A model generated the notes under the pieces. The model had not been told where the DNA came from, did no database searches, and saw only the letters and a program-made list of their open reading frames with translations. From Protoeuglena noctilucae (lineage: Eukaryota), in NCBI GenBank assembly GCA_958009085.1, contig OY253669.1, positions 372,001 through 436,000 on the forward strand: a stretch of 64,000 nucleotides of DNA. The letters are read 5' to 3'. Numbering within the stretch: position 1 is the first letter of the stretch; each line of letters begins with the position of its first letter. This document shows positions 12,644 to 24,936 of this stretch, one piece after another. A program made the position numbers and the translations under genes.

Positions 12644-14105
12644 TCAGATGAGGTCCCGCGGCTCGAATCGGTCCAGCTCGAATCGCTCGACAAACGCCTC
12701 GAAGATGCGGCTCTCTGGGCCGTGGAAGGCACGCTCTGCCCTGCGGGTCCCGACGTTGGAGAAGCAGCACGTCGCACGCGTCCCATAGCACCTGACCGCT
12801 CTCGACCTGCACGGTGGTCCCTCACCTGATGCTGATGGCCCCAAACTCCGTGTACGCAATCTCCTCCCAAGGGACGTCCCCGTGCGTCTGGTGGTCCTCT
12901 GTGGATCCCCGGGGCGCCCCCGGGCCCACCTCGCGGTCGTCCTCCGCCTGGCCGCCCCTCACATGCGGGCGGTCGTGCACCGGCCCCGACCCAGCCGCCC
13001 AGTCCATCGGCGCCGCGCTCGAGCCCTCAATGGCGCTCGCCTCCAAGTCGCCCCGTATGTACAGCCGCAGCCGGTCCTGCGCGACGCGTCACGGGGTGCG
13101 GTCGGCGGTGCACGGCCTGACCGCACGCAGCGTGGCGAGGCAACCCAACCCCAGCGCAGCCCGCTCGCCTTGCACGCGGCGTTGGCGGCGGATACGGTCG
13201 AGAAGACCCCCAGCACCTCGCTGCGCAGCGCGCGGACGGGGAAATCCCCGCCCTGGCATTCCTGCAGCACACTGAAGATGGCCACCCACAGGCCGTCGAG
13301 TGCGGGCGCGACCGACGCCGGCGTGCCTCCAATGTTGCGGCTGACGTCCTCCAAGTCATGCGGCGGCGGGCCCCCGACGCGATGAGGGCCCCCGTTGGGA
13401 CTGCGGCGCCGCTTGCCGTGGCGGGGCTGGCGGTAACTGCTCTGGGTGTGCGTGGCCGACAAGACCGGGAGGCGGTGCATGCCGGGCGTGGCGGGCAGCG
13501 GCGACCGGGCCTCCATCCCGTTTGCGACCTGCAAGGGCACAAAATGAGACCCTGTGGGTGGCTGTGCAGCCGGTACGACCCCATGGCTTGTGACCCGCAC
13601 CCCGCCGCACCGCACCTCTTCGATCGGCTCGCTGTTCTGACCTATCCCTGGGCGCCCAGCCTCCCCGACCATCACATCCTCGTCAGCGCGGCCCCCTGTC
13701 GCCGGCTGCTGCACCACCTCAAAAGGGTCCGCACGGCCCCTACCCATGCCCGCCGTCGTCTTGCCCGCGGAGGGGCTCTTGCCGATGCCCATCAGCGACA
13801 CCGCAGAAGGCACGCCCAGCGCTCCGCCGGAGTGAGCGGGGCGATGCTCCTGAGGGCCCGGAAAGTCCTGAGAGACCCTGCGCGGTCGTCGAACGTGGGA
13901 ACGGTGAGGGCCCTGCTGGGCATGGGCGCAGTATCGCCGGGCAGGGTGACGTGTGCTAAGGCACTCACCCAGAGGACGTCGGTTGCACGACGGCGCCGGA
14001 CCTGCGAGGAAGCGGGGTTCTCAGGGAGGTAAGAGCTCCCGTGCCCAGCTGCCTGAGCGAGCGCAGGGAGCTCGGCCGCGACATGAGCCTCCAGAGAGCA
14101 CTCAT
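12644..14105 (-). CDS. Hypothetical protein
   Basis: Exons splice in phase (…VLGVFSTVSAANAACK|DRLRLYIRG…; …FEAFVERFELDRFEPRDLI*). One GC-AG intron (13077-13168). The 5' structure is tentative. Confidence 0.45.
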
Positions 14106-14557
14106 GGCAGATACATCGACTCGTGAAGAAGTCGCGCCGCCAAATCAACGCGAAATCGCCACTATCCGGCGGTAACAGTGGGTGGGACCGGTCACCTCGC
14201 CCCCGTCCGCCGCGTGGTGCTCCGCTCGGAGACACGGTCACCGCCCCGCATCTTGCTTACGTTAGGATGTGAGAGCGGCCTCTAGATGGGCTCGAAGGAG
14301 CGCCCAGGGAAACTTATGGACTTTTGACGCTGCTCTTCTTCGCCAGGTAGAGGAAGCGTGTATCCTGTGGCACTGCTATGCTGCTGAAGTGGCTGAGTTC
14401 ATTCTTCATCGGCTTGACGGGGCCTCAGTTTGTCAGTAGGGCACCCTCCGAACCCTACTGACAGCTCCCAATCTCAACAGAGCCTGGCCGACGCAAGCAC
14501 CGTCACCGTTCAACCGGTGATGGGCACAGCGTTAACCTGGAGTGCCCGCGGGTGGGC

Positions 14558-16911
14558 ATGAGGCGAAAGAGTCCTCGTTTCCCCGCTGACCCGCCCGAGA
14601 CCTCCCAGTTCGTGGAGCTTGCCGAGCAAACTGCTTTGATTGAGCAGCATTCCCACTCATCCAGCTCTCTTCTTCACTCATCAGAGCAACCCCACGCTCC
14701 TGCCACTCGATGGCCAACGAGGCTGCTTGGGCTCCTCATCGCCGCTGCGGTCGCAGGAGCCCTCCTCTTTCTCGCGGATTCTTGGCGAGAGGATAGACCC
14801 CATAGCGCCTGCAGCGATGGCCACGCCTCGCCGGCTGCGCTGTGGGCGGCGTTGCCGGAGGCCACGCGCGCTGCTGCCACGGCATACGGCTTCCCCGTCA
14901 CCGGGGCGTCTGCCCTGTCAGAGTCGCTGGTCTCAGCCGGCCTCCTCCTCCTCCTCGACTTCTCGGAGCGCGACGCACTCAACGCCTTCGCGGCTGCGGC
15001 TGCTGACTCCCCGGGATGCCCCCTCTGCCTGGGGCTCTCCGCGCTGGCCCACGTGAGCCTCCGCAGCCTTGACGGGATGTCAAAGGTTGCTGATACAAGC
15101 CCGTCACGTGAGCTGCCGACCTTGTGCGCGCAGGGCCCGTCGCTCAACAGGGTGCCGCTGGAGTCGGGCAAGGAGGGGTTTGGGTGGGCAGCGGACGACA
15201 TGGCAGAGGCCGTGCACGCTGCCCGGGACGCCGTGGGGTTGGCAAGGGCCGTGGGTATCGACCGTGGCGATGCCGATCCTGACTGGCTCTTGCTGCAAGC
15301 CCTCTCCGACAGGTGTGACGGCGGGAGGGGTCATTGAGGCTTGCACCGGCACAGCTCTCGGAGTTCAGAGCCACCTCCTCTCTTCTCTCTATGGCTTCCA
15401 GGTTTGTGTCGGGGGCGGTGGCGGGCGAGGCACGGCGCGAGGACGAGCGGGCATTCCAGGATCGACTGCTGCAGCTCGCAACCCACGAGGAGGGCACACC
15501 ATGGAGTGCGTGGATGCTGGTGACAGGTGCGGGGAGGTGCACGACCCATGGCACTGGTTGCAGGAACCCAACTCAATGCCATGTCTGTGTCCTCCATCCA
15601 GCGGCCCAGTCCCTCCTGCTGCCCGTCGCGTGGGACTACTTTGTTGCGGCGGGCGGGGATGGTGAACCCCATGTACTGAGAGAGGAGGCAGCCAGGGCGG
15701 ATGAGCTCCTGCGGCAAGCTCTGGCATGGGCCCCAGGCCACCCTGGCGCCCTGCATCTCGCCACGCATCTGTGGGAGATTGCGGGCGACACCGAGGTGAG
15801 CCGTGCAATGGCTCAGCACCCGCTCTGGGTGAGATCTTGGCTGGCGCCGGACCAGCGCCCTCGCACTCCGCCGCAGGGCCGCGCCACTTGCGAGGCGTTC
15901 GGTGACGCCCTCGCGTCCCGCGGGGGCTACGGGCTGGGGCACCTGGCGCACATGCCCAGTCACGCATACGTGCGTGTGGGACGCTGGGCGGACGCCGTGG
16001 CGTCCAACGTCCAGGCGCACGCGCTGGACGTGGCGGCTGGACGGGCTTGCCGCACGCCATACGCTCCCGAGCACAACCTTGCCATGCTCGTCCTTGCTGC
16101 GTCCATGGAAGGGGACGTGCACACGGCGCTCGAGTACGCAGAGCGCAAGGAGAGGGTGCGCGCGGAGGCTCCGGGGTTCCCGATAGCCTCCGGCGTGGAT
16201 TGCGTGACGACGCGCTTCGTGCTCGTCCGCTTCGTTCGGTGGGACGATGTGCTGGCACTGCCCCCGCCGGGCAAAGGCTGCAGGGGAGGTGTGTCGTCGC
16301 ACGGCGGCGCGGCCGTGGCGCGCGCGGTCCATCACTGGGCGCGGCTGCTGGCCCTCCTGGCGACGGAGCGCGGGGCAAGGGGAGGCGGCCCCCGCACGCG
16401 CTCCCTCCCCGGTGCGCCGCCGCCGCTGTGGGTGGCGGAGTGGGACGGCCTGCGGGCCGCGTCGGATGCCGTGCCGCCGGACCTGCACACCGCTCCCGGG
16501 CAAGGCAAGGGCATTTACTCGGCCAACAACGCCGAGCTCCTGGAGGTGCTGCTGGCCCAGGCCCGAGCGGCCCTGGGGCTGGCCGGGCTGGAGGGGGGCG
16601 ACCCGGTCGAGGACATGGCGCGGGCCGTGCGTGCCGAGGAGGCGATTGGGTACAGGGAGCCCGCGGTCGTGCACCAGCCCCCCCGCCAGTGCCATGGCGC
16701 GGTGCTCCTCCACCGCGGGCGGCCCCAGGAGGCGAGGGAGATCTTTGCGGAGGACCTCGCGCGGTTCCCCGACAACCCGTGGAGCCTCTCGGGGCTCGCA
16801 CTGGCCCTGGATGCGCTCGGCGACGCTGGTGGGGCGGCCGAGGCCCGGGCGCGGGCTGAGCGAACCTGGCCCGGCCACCTACAGCCCTGCCCGGCCCTGC
16901 TGCCCCTCTGA
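14558..16911 (+). CDS. Membrane-anchored TPR-like protein of a family I recall mainly from bacteria and fungi
   Basis: HPGALHLATHLWE, GHLAHMPSHAYVRVGRWADAVASN, YAPEHN, FAEDLARFPDNPWSLSGL, and an N-terminal TM segment LLGLLIAAAVAGALLFL. Confidence 0.75.
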
Positions 16912-17004
16912 CGATCACAGAAAACGTAGCAGGCACGGTCCACTTGAAACGGAAGCGGTGGGATGAGGCTAAGGCGCAGGGAAGGGGGGCGAGTCTAAAA
17001 ACGC

Positions 17005-17583
17005 TTACTGAGGCTTGCCGAAGAGGTTGTTGTCGCCCCTGCGTGCACGGAGGGGAGCCTTGGCGTAGAGAAGCGCGGAGACACGAGCCCCGCGGGCGGA
17101 GAGGGGCCAGGGGGCCCCCGTTCCTGCGCTTGAGCCCGCAAACGTCGCAGGCGAACGCACCAGGGGAACTGCTTGTTGCGGATGCGCAGGTACGGCGCGT
17201 CGATCTTCTCCACCTCGTGATGAGGATGCGTCATGTGCGAGACGAGGTCGAAGAGGCCTGGGCGGGCCGCGAAGCAAGTCTTGAGCGACGTGTCACCCTG
17301 GCGCGCGCAGGACGCGGCCCCAGGCCCCACGGGATGGCTTCAGGAGACAAATTACGCATCCCGCCTCACCCAGGGCGCAGGCGATGGGGACGGCGACGAA
17401 AGTGAACTTCTTCCACAGGTCGGCCTCCTTTGCGCTGAAGGCCTTGTCCGGCCCGTGCTCCATGCCCCAAAGCGTCTCATACCGCTCCGACCTGGCCGTG
17501 ATCCGGGGCCCCGCGGCGTGCCCCATGCCCCGCGCCTGCGCGGGGAGGGCCCCCGCGAGCCGCTGCGTCGCCTTTTTCAGCAT
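17005..17583 (-). CDS. COX6A: Cytochrome c oxidase subunit 6a (COX13-like)
   Basis: Mitochondrial presequence, EADLWKKFTFVAVP, YLRIRNKQFPW|GDNNLF; three exons. Confidence 0.9.
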
Positions 17584-17718
17584 CTCGGCCCGCGTGCCAT
17601 TCGCTTGTGCGACCCGGCACGGCGTCGCGCGTTTTTGACGACGCACATCTCAATGCCCTACCAGGGTATTCTGCCAGAAACTTTCAATTCGCTTCACTGT
17701 CGCTGCCTGGAGCAGCCG

Positions 17719-18425
17719 TTACCACGACCAGCGCGGCCCGAACGTCCCCTCCCGCATGGGCACGTCGGCAGGGAGCACTACGCCCGCCACCCACTGCACG
17801 ACGTCAGGCGCATCCGGATGGCGCGCCTTGTAGTCCGGCGGAAGCCTCCCCCGCATGTTGATCTCGGGGCTGCCGGGCCCCTCGGTGAACTTGAGCCAGC
17901 AGTTGCCCCGGGAGTGCTGCCCGTTATACGCGTCGGGCTCGAAGCACTTGGGCGCCGCGCAGTAGGCGAACGCATTGCATGGCAGGCCCGCGAAGCCCCT
18001 GTCGCCCTTGACGGGCACGTGCGCCTTGCACGCTTCGGCGCAGTCCTCCCACTCGGCGTAGAAAGTGTCCAGGCCCCAGCCCACTGCGGCCCAACATCGC
18101 AGCTGCGGTGCACGCCCGCCGCGCGCGCCCAGCCTGCGCCCAGCCGCAGCCACCCACCTGCCACGCCGTCGATGTCGCTCCCGAGCTCGTAGTGGACGTC
18201 GAGGTCGCGCGTGTCCCCGCCTCGGTCGACGTAATCCCGGAACCACTGGGCCGTGGGGCTGTCGTTTAGGCACTGCGGGTCGACGTGGGCGTAGCCGTCG
18301 ACCGCCGGCGAGCCGCAGACGCGCTGGTAGAGCGGGTGCTCCTCTTGCTCGCCGCCTGCGGCCTGGCCCGCCACGAGCAGGGTGAGGAGGAGCAGGGGCA
18401 GCCACTGCGCTAGTGAGACCGACAT
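17719..18425 (-). CDS. Secreted PAN/apple-like Cys-rich protein
   Basis: Signal peptide MSVSLAQWLPLLLLTLLVAGQAAG, then DCAEACKAH, CNAFAYC...C...CWLK and VQWVAGVV; one intron. Confidence 0.7.
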
Positions 18426-19180
18426 TCCGCGGCAATCCTCGCGTCGATGGCCCAGTAGGCCTCTCTCAACGCATTCCTGCGGGGGCACAGCGGCCCAAAC
18501 ACCGGATGCAGCTTGGTCTCCCCGCGGACGACAAACGACAGGTGCACCGAGACATCTGCGCCACGACGGAAGGGGTTGGAAGCTTGCCGGTGGCCATCAC
18601 CATCGTGCAGCTGAATGGGGGGCCAGGCCGGTACCTGTCGGCGTCAGGCACTCGTGGACGACGACGCTGTGAAGCTTCTCGGCCGGTATCAGGTGGCGCT
18701 TGGGAGGGATGAGCGGCAGCCGGTAGCGCACCTCGGTCGACACGCCGACGCCGTGAGCGACGAGCACGGACGCGCTCGCCACCTGCGCGATGCGTGAGCA
18801 TGTAGACTGCGCTTCGACAGATGTGATGCGATATGAATATCGCTCGCTGCGCTGGTGGCCGGCGCACCTGGGACAGGTGCGCGACGGACAATGCCAGGAG
18901 CAGGGCCCCGGAGGCGACGGCGTGCTCCCCGCGGCGTGCCCAGAGAGCCCAAGCAAGCCAGATAGACGACGCGACGATCGCGACTGGAGCCAGTCCGGGC
19001 AGGACAGACCTGAGCGAACGGGAGGCGCAACTGGGATGGCCGCTGACGCGCAGTGAGCCTAGGGGCCCTGTCTCCGGCGTACGAGGGTCACCTATCGATG
19101 CTCCGACAGCAGGAGATGTGGACGACGCTTGGGCTAACTTCCTCGACGCGGATGGCCAGCTCCGCGGGCTGACCAAACAT
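18410..19180 (-). CDS. PIGH: GPI-GlcNAc transferase subunit H (PIG-H/Gpi15)
   Basis: Four exons: two TM helices, then ASVLVAHGVGVSTEVRY...LIPAEKLHSVVVHECLTPT|DVSVHLSFVVRGETKLHPVFGPLCP, which follows the PIG-H pattern. The stop at 18410-18412 lies inside the next gene. Confidence 0.75.
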
Positions 19181-19432
19181 GCAAGGCTCGGTAGGTCCTT
19201 GCTTCGAGGTTCTCCTAGTGACGGGTAGGTGCTAACGTATATCACTGTGGCATACGACCAACAGACGACCCATCAACCAACAAATGCAAGCCCCAAACAG
19301 TGAAACAGCAGCGTGCTGCCAGTTGGTTTCGCTGGGATCGTCAAGCTTACATACGGCACCGGGGACTGGGCCTAGGGCTAACACGAGCACATCCCAGTCG
19401 GCGAGACGCCAGGGCTAGATGCGCCGGCTGCG

Positions 19433-22400
19433 ATGAGCGACTTTGCCACCCCTCCTGGCAAGGACCCCAGCCCCGCCGAGGCTCAGGTGCGTCACTGCGC
19501 TAGCGGATGCATCTACGTACGAGCTCCACGTCCTCAGCGGGGACGGTAACGACAGCGGCCCTCAGGACTTCCCGCAGGGCGGTCATGAACCAGCGCGCCC
19601 GGTAATTTCTCCCCCCGCGGGCATCACGGACACGAGCCAGTCCGTAAGGAGCCCCTCGTCAGCGCTTTCCGATGTGGCAGCTGCTCGGAGGGCGGCAGAA
19701 GCCCTGGTGCAGGCAGAAGTGCGCGCGAGGATGGCCGCGGTGCATGAGCTCGACAGTTTGCGCGGGAAGGTGAGTCTGCAAGGGGCATGTCCTTGATGCA
19801 CGAGCGGCTTGTTTGTCGCCGCAACCACGCGGCAGGCTCGCGCCACGCCGCGGTTCTCGTGGACCCCCCCAACAACCGTTACGCCTTGCAGCTGGTGTAC
19901 GAGGCCACGCGCCGTGAGCTGCTGGAGACGCAAGTATCTGAGCTTCAGGAGTTGTTGCGGTGAGTTTGCGGCTTCTGCCGGCGGTCCTTTGCCTCGCATC
20001 CTCAGGCATGCGATGGCACCTTGGGCCAGTTACCGCGCCGATGCTGCATGGATCGGCGCCCTGCAGGTCAAGGGATGCCGAGAGAGCAGAGTCGCGGAGT
20101 CTGCGCGACCAGGAGGCGCAGCACGAGATCGCACGCCTCAGTGCCGACCTCAATGACGCCATGCGCGAGCGCGCGGACGAGCTGCGGCGGAGGACGGCGG
20201 CAGAGAGCGTGGTTTATGATCTACAAAGGAGGCTGGCGGACTTGACGAAGGAGCTCGAGGCCGGCAGGCGCGGCATACGCCGGCCATAGCGAGAGCGTGA
20301 TATGCCCTCTGCCCTTCGCCCCGCCCGTCAGGCCCTCCAGGCCCTCCGCGTCCGCAGAGCGGGGGAGCAGGACGCGAAGGCAGCCGCTGCGAAGTTGCAG
20401 GAGGCGGAGGGCATCCGCGAGGCTTTGGCGGGGCAGGCGCGCGCGATGGACGAGAGGGAGGGGCGGCTGAGGGCCGCAGAAGGGGCCGCGAACGAGGAGA
20501 GGGCGCGCCTCGAGCGACGCGCGGCGGAGGTGCAGGCGAGGGAGGAGGCGCACGCGCAGGCGGAGGCCCGTGCGCTGGAGCGGGAGGCCTCGCTGCGGGC
20601 CCGGGAGGTCGCGGTCGAGCGGAGGGAAGTTGAGGCGCGGCAGGCGCTCGCGGAAGCGCAACTGGGCGGGGAGGCCTCTGCGGAGCGGGCCCGGGCGGCC
20701 GAGGTGCGTAGCTCCGCGAGCCTGCGGTCACGGCACTGCCAAGGGGCCGGGCCCCATGCAGAGGGCGCGCTGTCGGTCGTTCCCACAGGCTCGACTGGTG
20801 GAGGCCAGTGCCGCATTGGCGCGGACGCGGGACGACTGGGAGGTCCGGCTGCGGGACGCGGAGGCGGCGTCCGCCCTGCGCATGAGTCGGGTCGAGGCAG
20901 AGCTTGCAGACGCCCAGGGTCAGCTGGCGCAGGCGCGCACGCAGCTGGCGCAGGTCAGGGAGAGGGAGGCGGCCCTGGAAGCGCGCCTGCGGGAGGTGAC
21001 GTCAGGACAAGACGCCCTGGAGGCGCGCGCGCGGTCGGCGGAGCAGGGGCGGTCAGCGGGCGAGACGGCATGGGCCGCAGAGCGCGCCGAGCTGTTGGAG
21101 CGGTGCGCGCGGGCCGAGGGCCAGGCGCGGGAGGCGCAGCAGGCGGCGGCGGTGACCGAGTCTCAGTCGGCGGGTCTGCGGGCTGCGAAGGAGATTCGCG
21201 ACCAAGAGCTGCAGGTGCTGCGGACGCGGCTGGCAGCGGCGGCGGGCGACCGGGTGGGGAAGGAGGACGCGGAGCAGCGCTGCGTGGCCCTCGCGGCGCG
21301 GCTCGCGGAGCAGCAGGCGCGGGCGGACCGGGCGGAGCGAGCGGTGGCTGAGGCGGCGACGGCGGTGGAGGCCGAGCGGAGGCGGTCTGCCAAGGCCGAC
21401 ACGGCGTGCGCGCAAGCACACGACGCCTCCGGGGCGCTGCGTGCCGAGCTCAGCGCGGTGCAGGCGGCTCTGGATAGGGCACGGGAGAGCGTGGCGGATC
21501 AGGAGGCGGCGAACCTGGCGTTGCGCGCCCGGGTCCAGACGCTGAGCGAGGAGCTGCAGGCGCGAGGGAGCCCCCGTCCTGAAGGTCGCCAGGAGGGTCG
21601 CGCACCTCCAAGGTGCGCGCGATGCGGGGGCCGCGTGTGCAGCGCACCTCAACTCCATTCATCTCCTCATCCGCTGCTCGTGTCCCGCGGTGCAGGAACG
21701 AGGTGCCAGCGACACAGAGGGACGACGCTGCGGAGCTGTCCCCTTCGGTCGCTGGCTCTGCGGCACCGGCCGCGTCGCCCCGTGCTGGTAAGCGTGCCGT
21801 GACGGAGCGCGCCTCGACGACGGGGAGCCGGTCGCCGTGGCCGAGAGACGGCGCCGGCACGCCACCGAGCGCGAGCAAGGGCCCCGGGGAGGAAGTGCCG
21901 GCCCTGCCATCGGCGTCCCCCACATCGAGGACGCCCACCCGGCGCCTGACTGGCAGCGGGACGGCGCGGCGTGCGCCCCTCCACGCGAACGGCCAGCCGG
22001 ACACGGGCGCCGCGCTGCTCGACGCGGAGCGCCGCGCGCGGGAGGCTGCCGAGTCGCAGGCTCGGGAGGTGGCCCGGATGCACGAGGCGGCGCTGGCCGA
22101 GGCGGAGGGTCTGCGGGAGGAGGTGGCGCGGCTGCGGCAGGCGGAGCAGGGCCTGCGCGCGGCACAGCTGGAGGCGGAGGCCGCCGGGGTCGAGGCTCGG
22201 CGGGAGCGCCGGGCGGCGGTGGAGTGGCAGCGGCGGTGCGCGGCGGCCGAGGAGCGCACCGAGGCGATGCGCGAGGCTCTGGCCGACGTGGAGGTCAAGC
22301 TGCAGGCGGTGCAGGGCGAGGTGCGGTCCACGGAGGCCCGGATGCGCGCCGCGCAGTCCGCGTACCGAGCAGCCCACGCCGCGCACCACCAGACGAAGGA

Positions 22401-23268
22401 GCAGCTGGCCCTCGTGGCGCAGCTGCAGGCCGAGCAGCAGGGGCACCTGCGCCTCCTGGCGGAGCGGGGCTCGCCCCTCGCGGCCTCCGCCCCGCCCGCG
22501 GTTGCCAACGGAACCGGCAGCCAAGCACCAGCATCGTCGCATGGGCCGCCCCGCGTGTCTCCCGCGTCGCGAGGCCGGGCTTCCGCGGACGGCCCGCCCT
22601 CGCGAAGTCCGCGTGCAGCCAACGCCGTGGACAGGGCCGCGCTTTCTGACCCCAGAGGTCCCGTGCGGACCCTCTTCTCGAGCCTGCCCAAGGGCATCGG
22701 CGCCAGTGGCTCTCCCGGGGTGTCCAGAGCCGCCCCCGAGTCCGCTACGCCGAACGGTGCAGGCCCGGATGGCGACCGCGACGAGCGGCGTGCGGGCGGC
22801 GGCGCGGCTGCGGGGGCGCAGGAGCCGGCATCGGCACGGGACGTTACGAGTGGCACGGTCAAGAGCTCGGAGGGGTCGGAGGGGTCGGTGCCGTACCGGC
22901 CATTGGAGCACGGGGGTGTGCTGGAGCGCCTGGGTTCGCAGGCGGGGGGGTTGACGCTGGAGCAATTGGCGGAGATAGGCGAGGACCAGCTGGACCACTT
23001 GGCGGGGGCGCTGGCGGGCTCCGTGTCCCTCGGGCGGTCGGGGGAGGCGGAGGGGGCCGCGGCCGACAGCCCGAGCACGAGCACGTTCACGCTGCGGGAC
23101 TCCATGGGGCGCTCTGCGCCGTCGACGGGGGCCGCGTCGCTTCAAGCGCGGACGCTAGCGTCGGCGTCGAAGGGCGGCGGCAGCTCCCGGGCGCGCAGCG
23201 CGAAGCAGGTGCAGAGCGCGGGGAAGGCAGCGGCGACGACCAAGAGGGGGTGTGCGGCGAGGCAGTGA
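19433..23268 (+). CDS. Large coiled-coil protein of unknown function
   Basis: Long E/A/R/Q heptad-rich exons join in phase. One probable GC-AG intron (20268-20357). Confidence 0.65.
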
Positions 23269-23467
23269 CAGGCGCTTTGTGGCAGCGGCGCTGGGGAGGA
23301 CTTAGTGGCTGCTCTTGCGCCCCGGCTGATGGTGATTAGCATAGGTCTTCGTGATGTGCTCCTTGTGAGGTGCATCCTCGACGTGGCCCCTGCGGGTGCG
23401 ACGGTTAGTTTTAGTTTTAAAGCACAGCATAGCGTCGATGACCTTGCACGCCACGGTGCGCGCCCTC

Positions 23468-23774
23468 TCACGTCTTCTCGTCGATCTTCCGGCCGAAGAG
23501 GTGGGAGGTCGTCTGGAAGACTTGCGGCGGGCTCTTGTCGGTGGACATGAAGTTCAGGAAGTGGTCTGCGGAGGGAATTGAAGGTTTTGAGGAACTGCTA
23601 ACCTCCTTCGAGCGGCTGGGCGGGACAGGCCCCGAGGTCGTGACGGCGGGGGCGACTGCGGAGGGAGCAGCAGCACCCGAGCACCGCGCCCGCGACAAAG
23701 CTCATAGCCACGCTCTCGCCATTTGCCCGGGACGACTGTCCCTTGGGCCCTTTTGACGAGGACGACGACGGCAT
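23468..23774 (-). CDS. Possible ~50-aa small protein
   Basis: MPSSSSSKGPKGQSSRAN|DHFLNFMSTDKSPPQVFQTTSHLFGRKIDEKT needs a GC donor and uses a good CCGCAG acceptor. No homology recognised. Confidence 0.3.
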
Positions 23775-24025
23775 CCTCGCGGAGTTTTTCGTGATGCGCC
23801 GCCAGCTAGTGCCGTAATCCGCCGTCAGCTGGGACCGGGCTGTAGCGAATGCCAGTTGCTGGAGTACAAGTGTCTCAACCTGCGTCCTCGAGCGCAGTCT
23901 TTCGTTGCGGCAGCGCTTGTGCAGCACCTGCCGGAGACCGGCGTTTCAGCTGTCTTCTAAAAAGCGTCTCGAGCTGGGCCCGCTGTCACATTCACCACCT
24001 CTACCTGCACTCGTGCATAGTCAGC

Positions 24026-24763
24026 ATGTCCATCGCGATCTCCTCCACCCGCCCGTTCGCGGGCGTCCTGACCCCCGCGCGTCGGCCTCTCACGCGCAGG
24101 GCCGTGAAAGTGGCGTTCAAGATCACCTTCAAGACGCCCGAGGGTGAGTGTGGTTTGAGAGTGTCCGATAGTCAGCGAAGATGGGGAGAATCGCCCGTGG
24201 GGTCTCGGCGTTGTGAGGTCCATGGGTATAGCTGTCCCACCGCAAGGGGGGCGCAGCTGGCGTCATCAAAACACCATTGGCCCCCATCGGCAGCGCATCT
24301 GACTATCGAACAACTTGAGTTTTCTCCAGCGTGCTCATCCCCACCATAGCCCTTCTCTCTTGCCCGCAAAGGAGACAAGACAATGGAGTGCCCCGACGAT
24401 ACTTACATTTTGGACGCGGCGGACGCGGCGGGGATCGATCTCCCTTACTCCTGTAGGTCGGGCACGTGCTCGTCGTGTGCTGGCAAGGCGAGTGCGCTTG
24501 GATCATGCTCGTGGGCATGCCAGCACGACAGCATTGCATGCGTCTCTCGGGTCAACGATAGGTTTCAACACAACCAGTGGGAGTGACCCTGACCCCTGAC
24601 CCGCGAGTCCCTGCCGCAGATCGTCAAGGGGTCCGTGGACCAGAGCGAGCAGCAGATGCTCAACGACGAGCAGCTGGCGGCCGGGTACGCTCTGCTGTGC
24701 GTTTCGTACCCCCAGTCCGACCTCGTGATTGAGACTGACAAGGAGTCGGAGGTTATGGGCTAA
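24026..24763 (+). CDS. FDX: Plastid [2Fe-2S] ferredoxin (plant type)
   Basis: Transit peptide, then [45 protein letters not shown]...[10 protein letters not shown]. Intron 2 (24488-24619) is GC-AG. Confidence 0.95.
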
Positions 24764-24936
24764 AAGTTAGTAGGTGTCCCGCGCCTCGTCCGCCACCACG
24801 TACGTGGCCCTGGTGCCATACGCGGTCGCCTGAACTCGGTTCTTCTCCCCACTGCAAGCGCAAGGGCCAGTGCAGTGTGCAGGTGGCTCCCGAGCCCGCC
24901 ATCCCTACCCTACGAGGCGACATCGCGCAGCCGCTC

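Noticed and set aside
24583..24603. Short TGACCC(C) tandem in ferredoxin intron 2
   Set aside because: Only three units, consistent with reiterated branch-point-like CTGAC motifs. It is not telomeric or an array.
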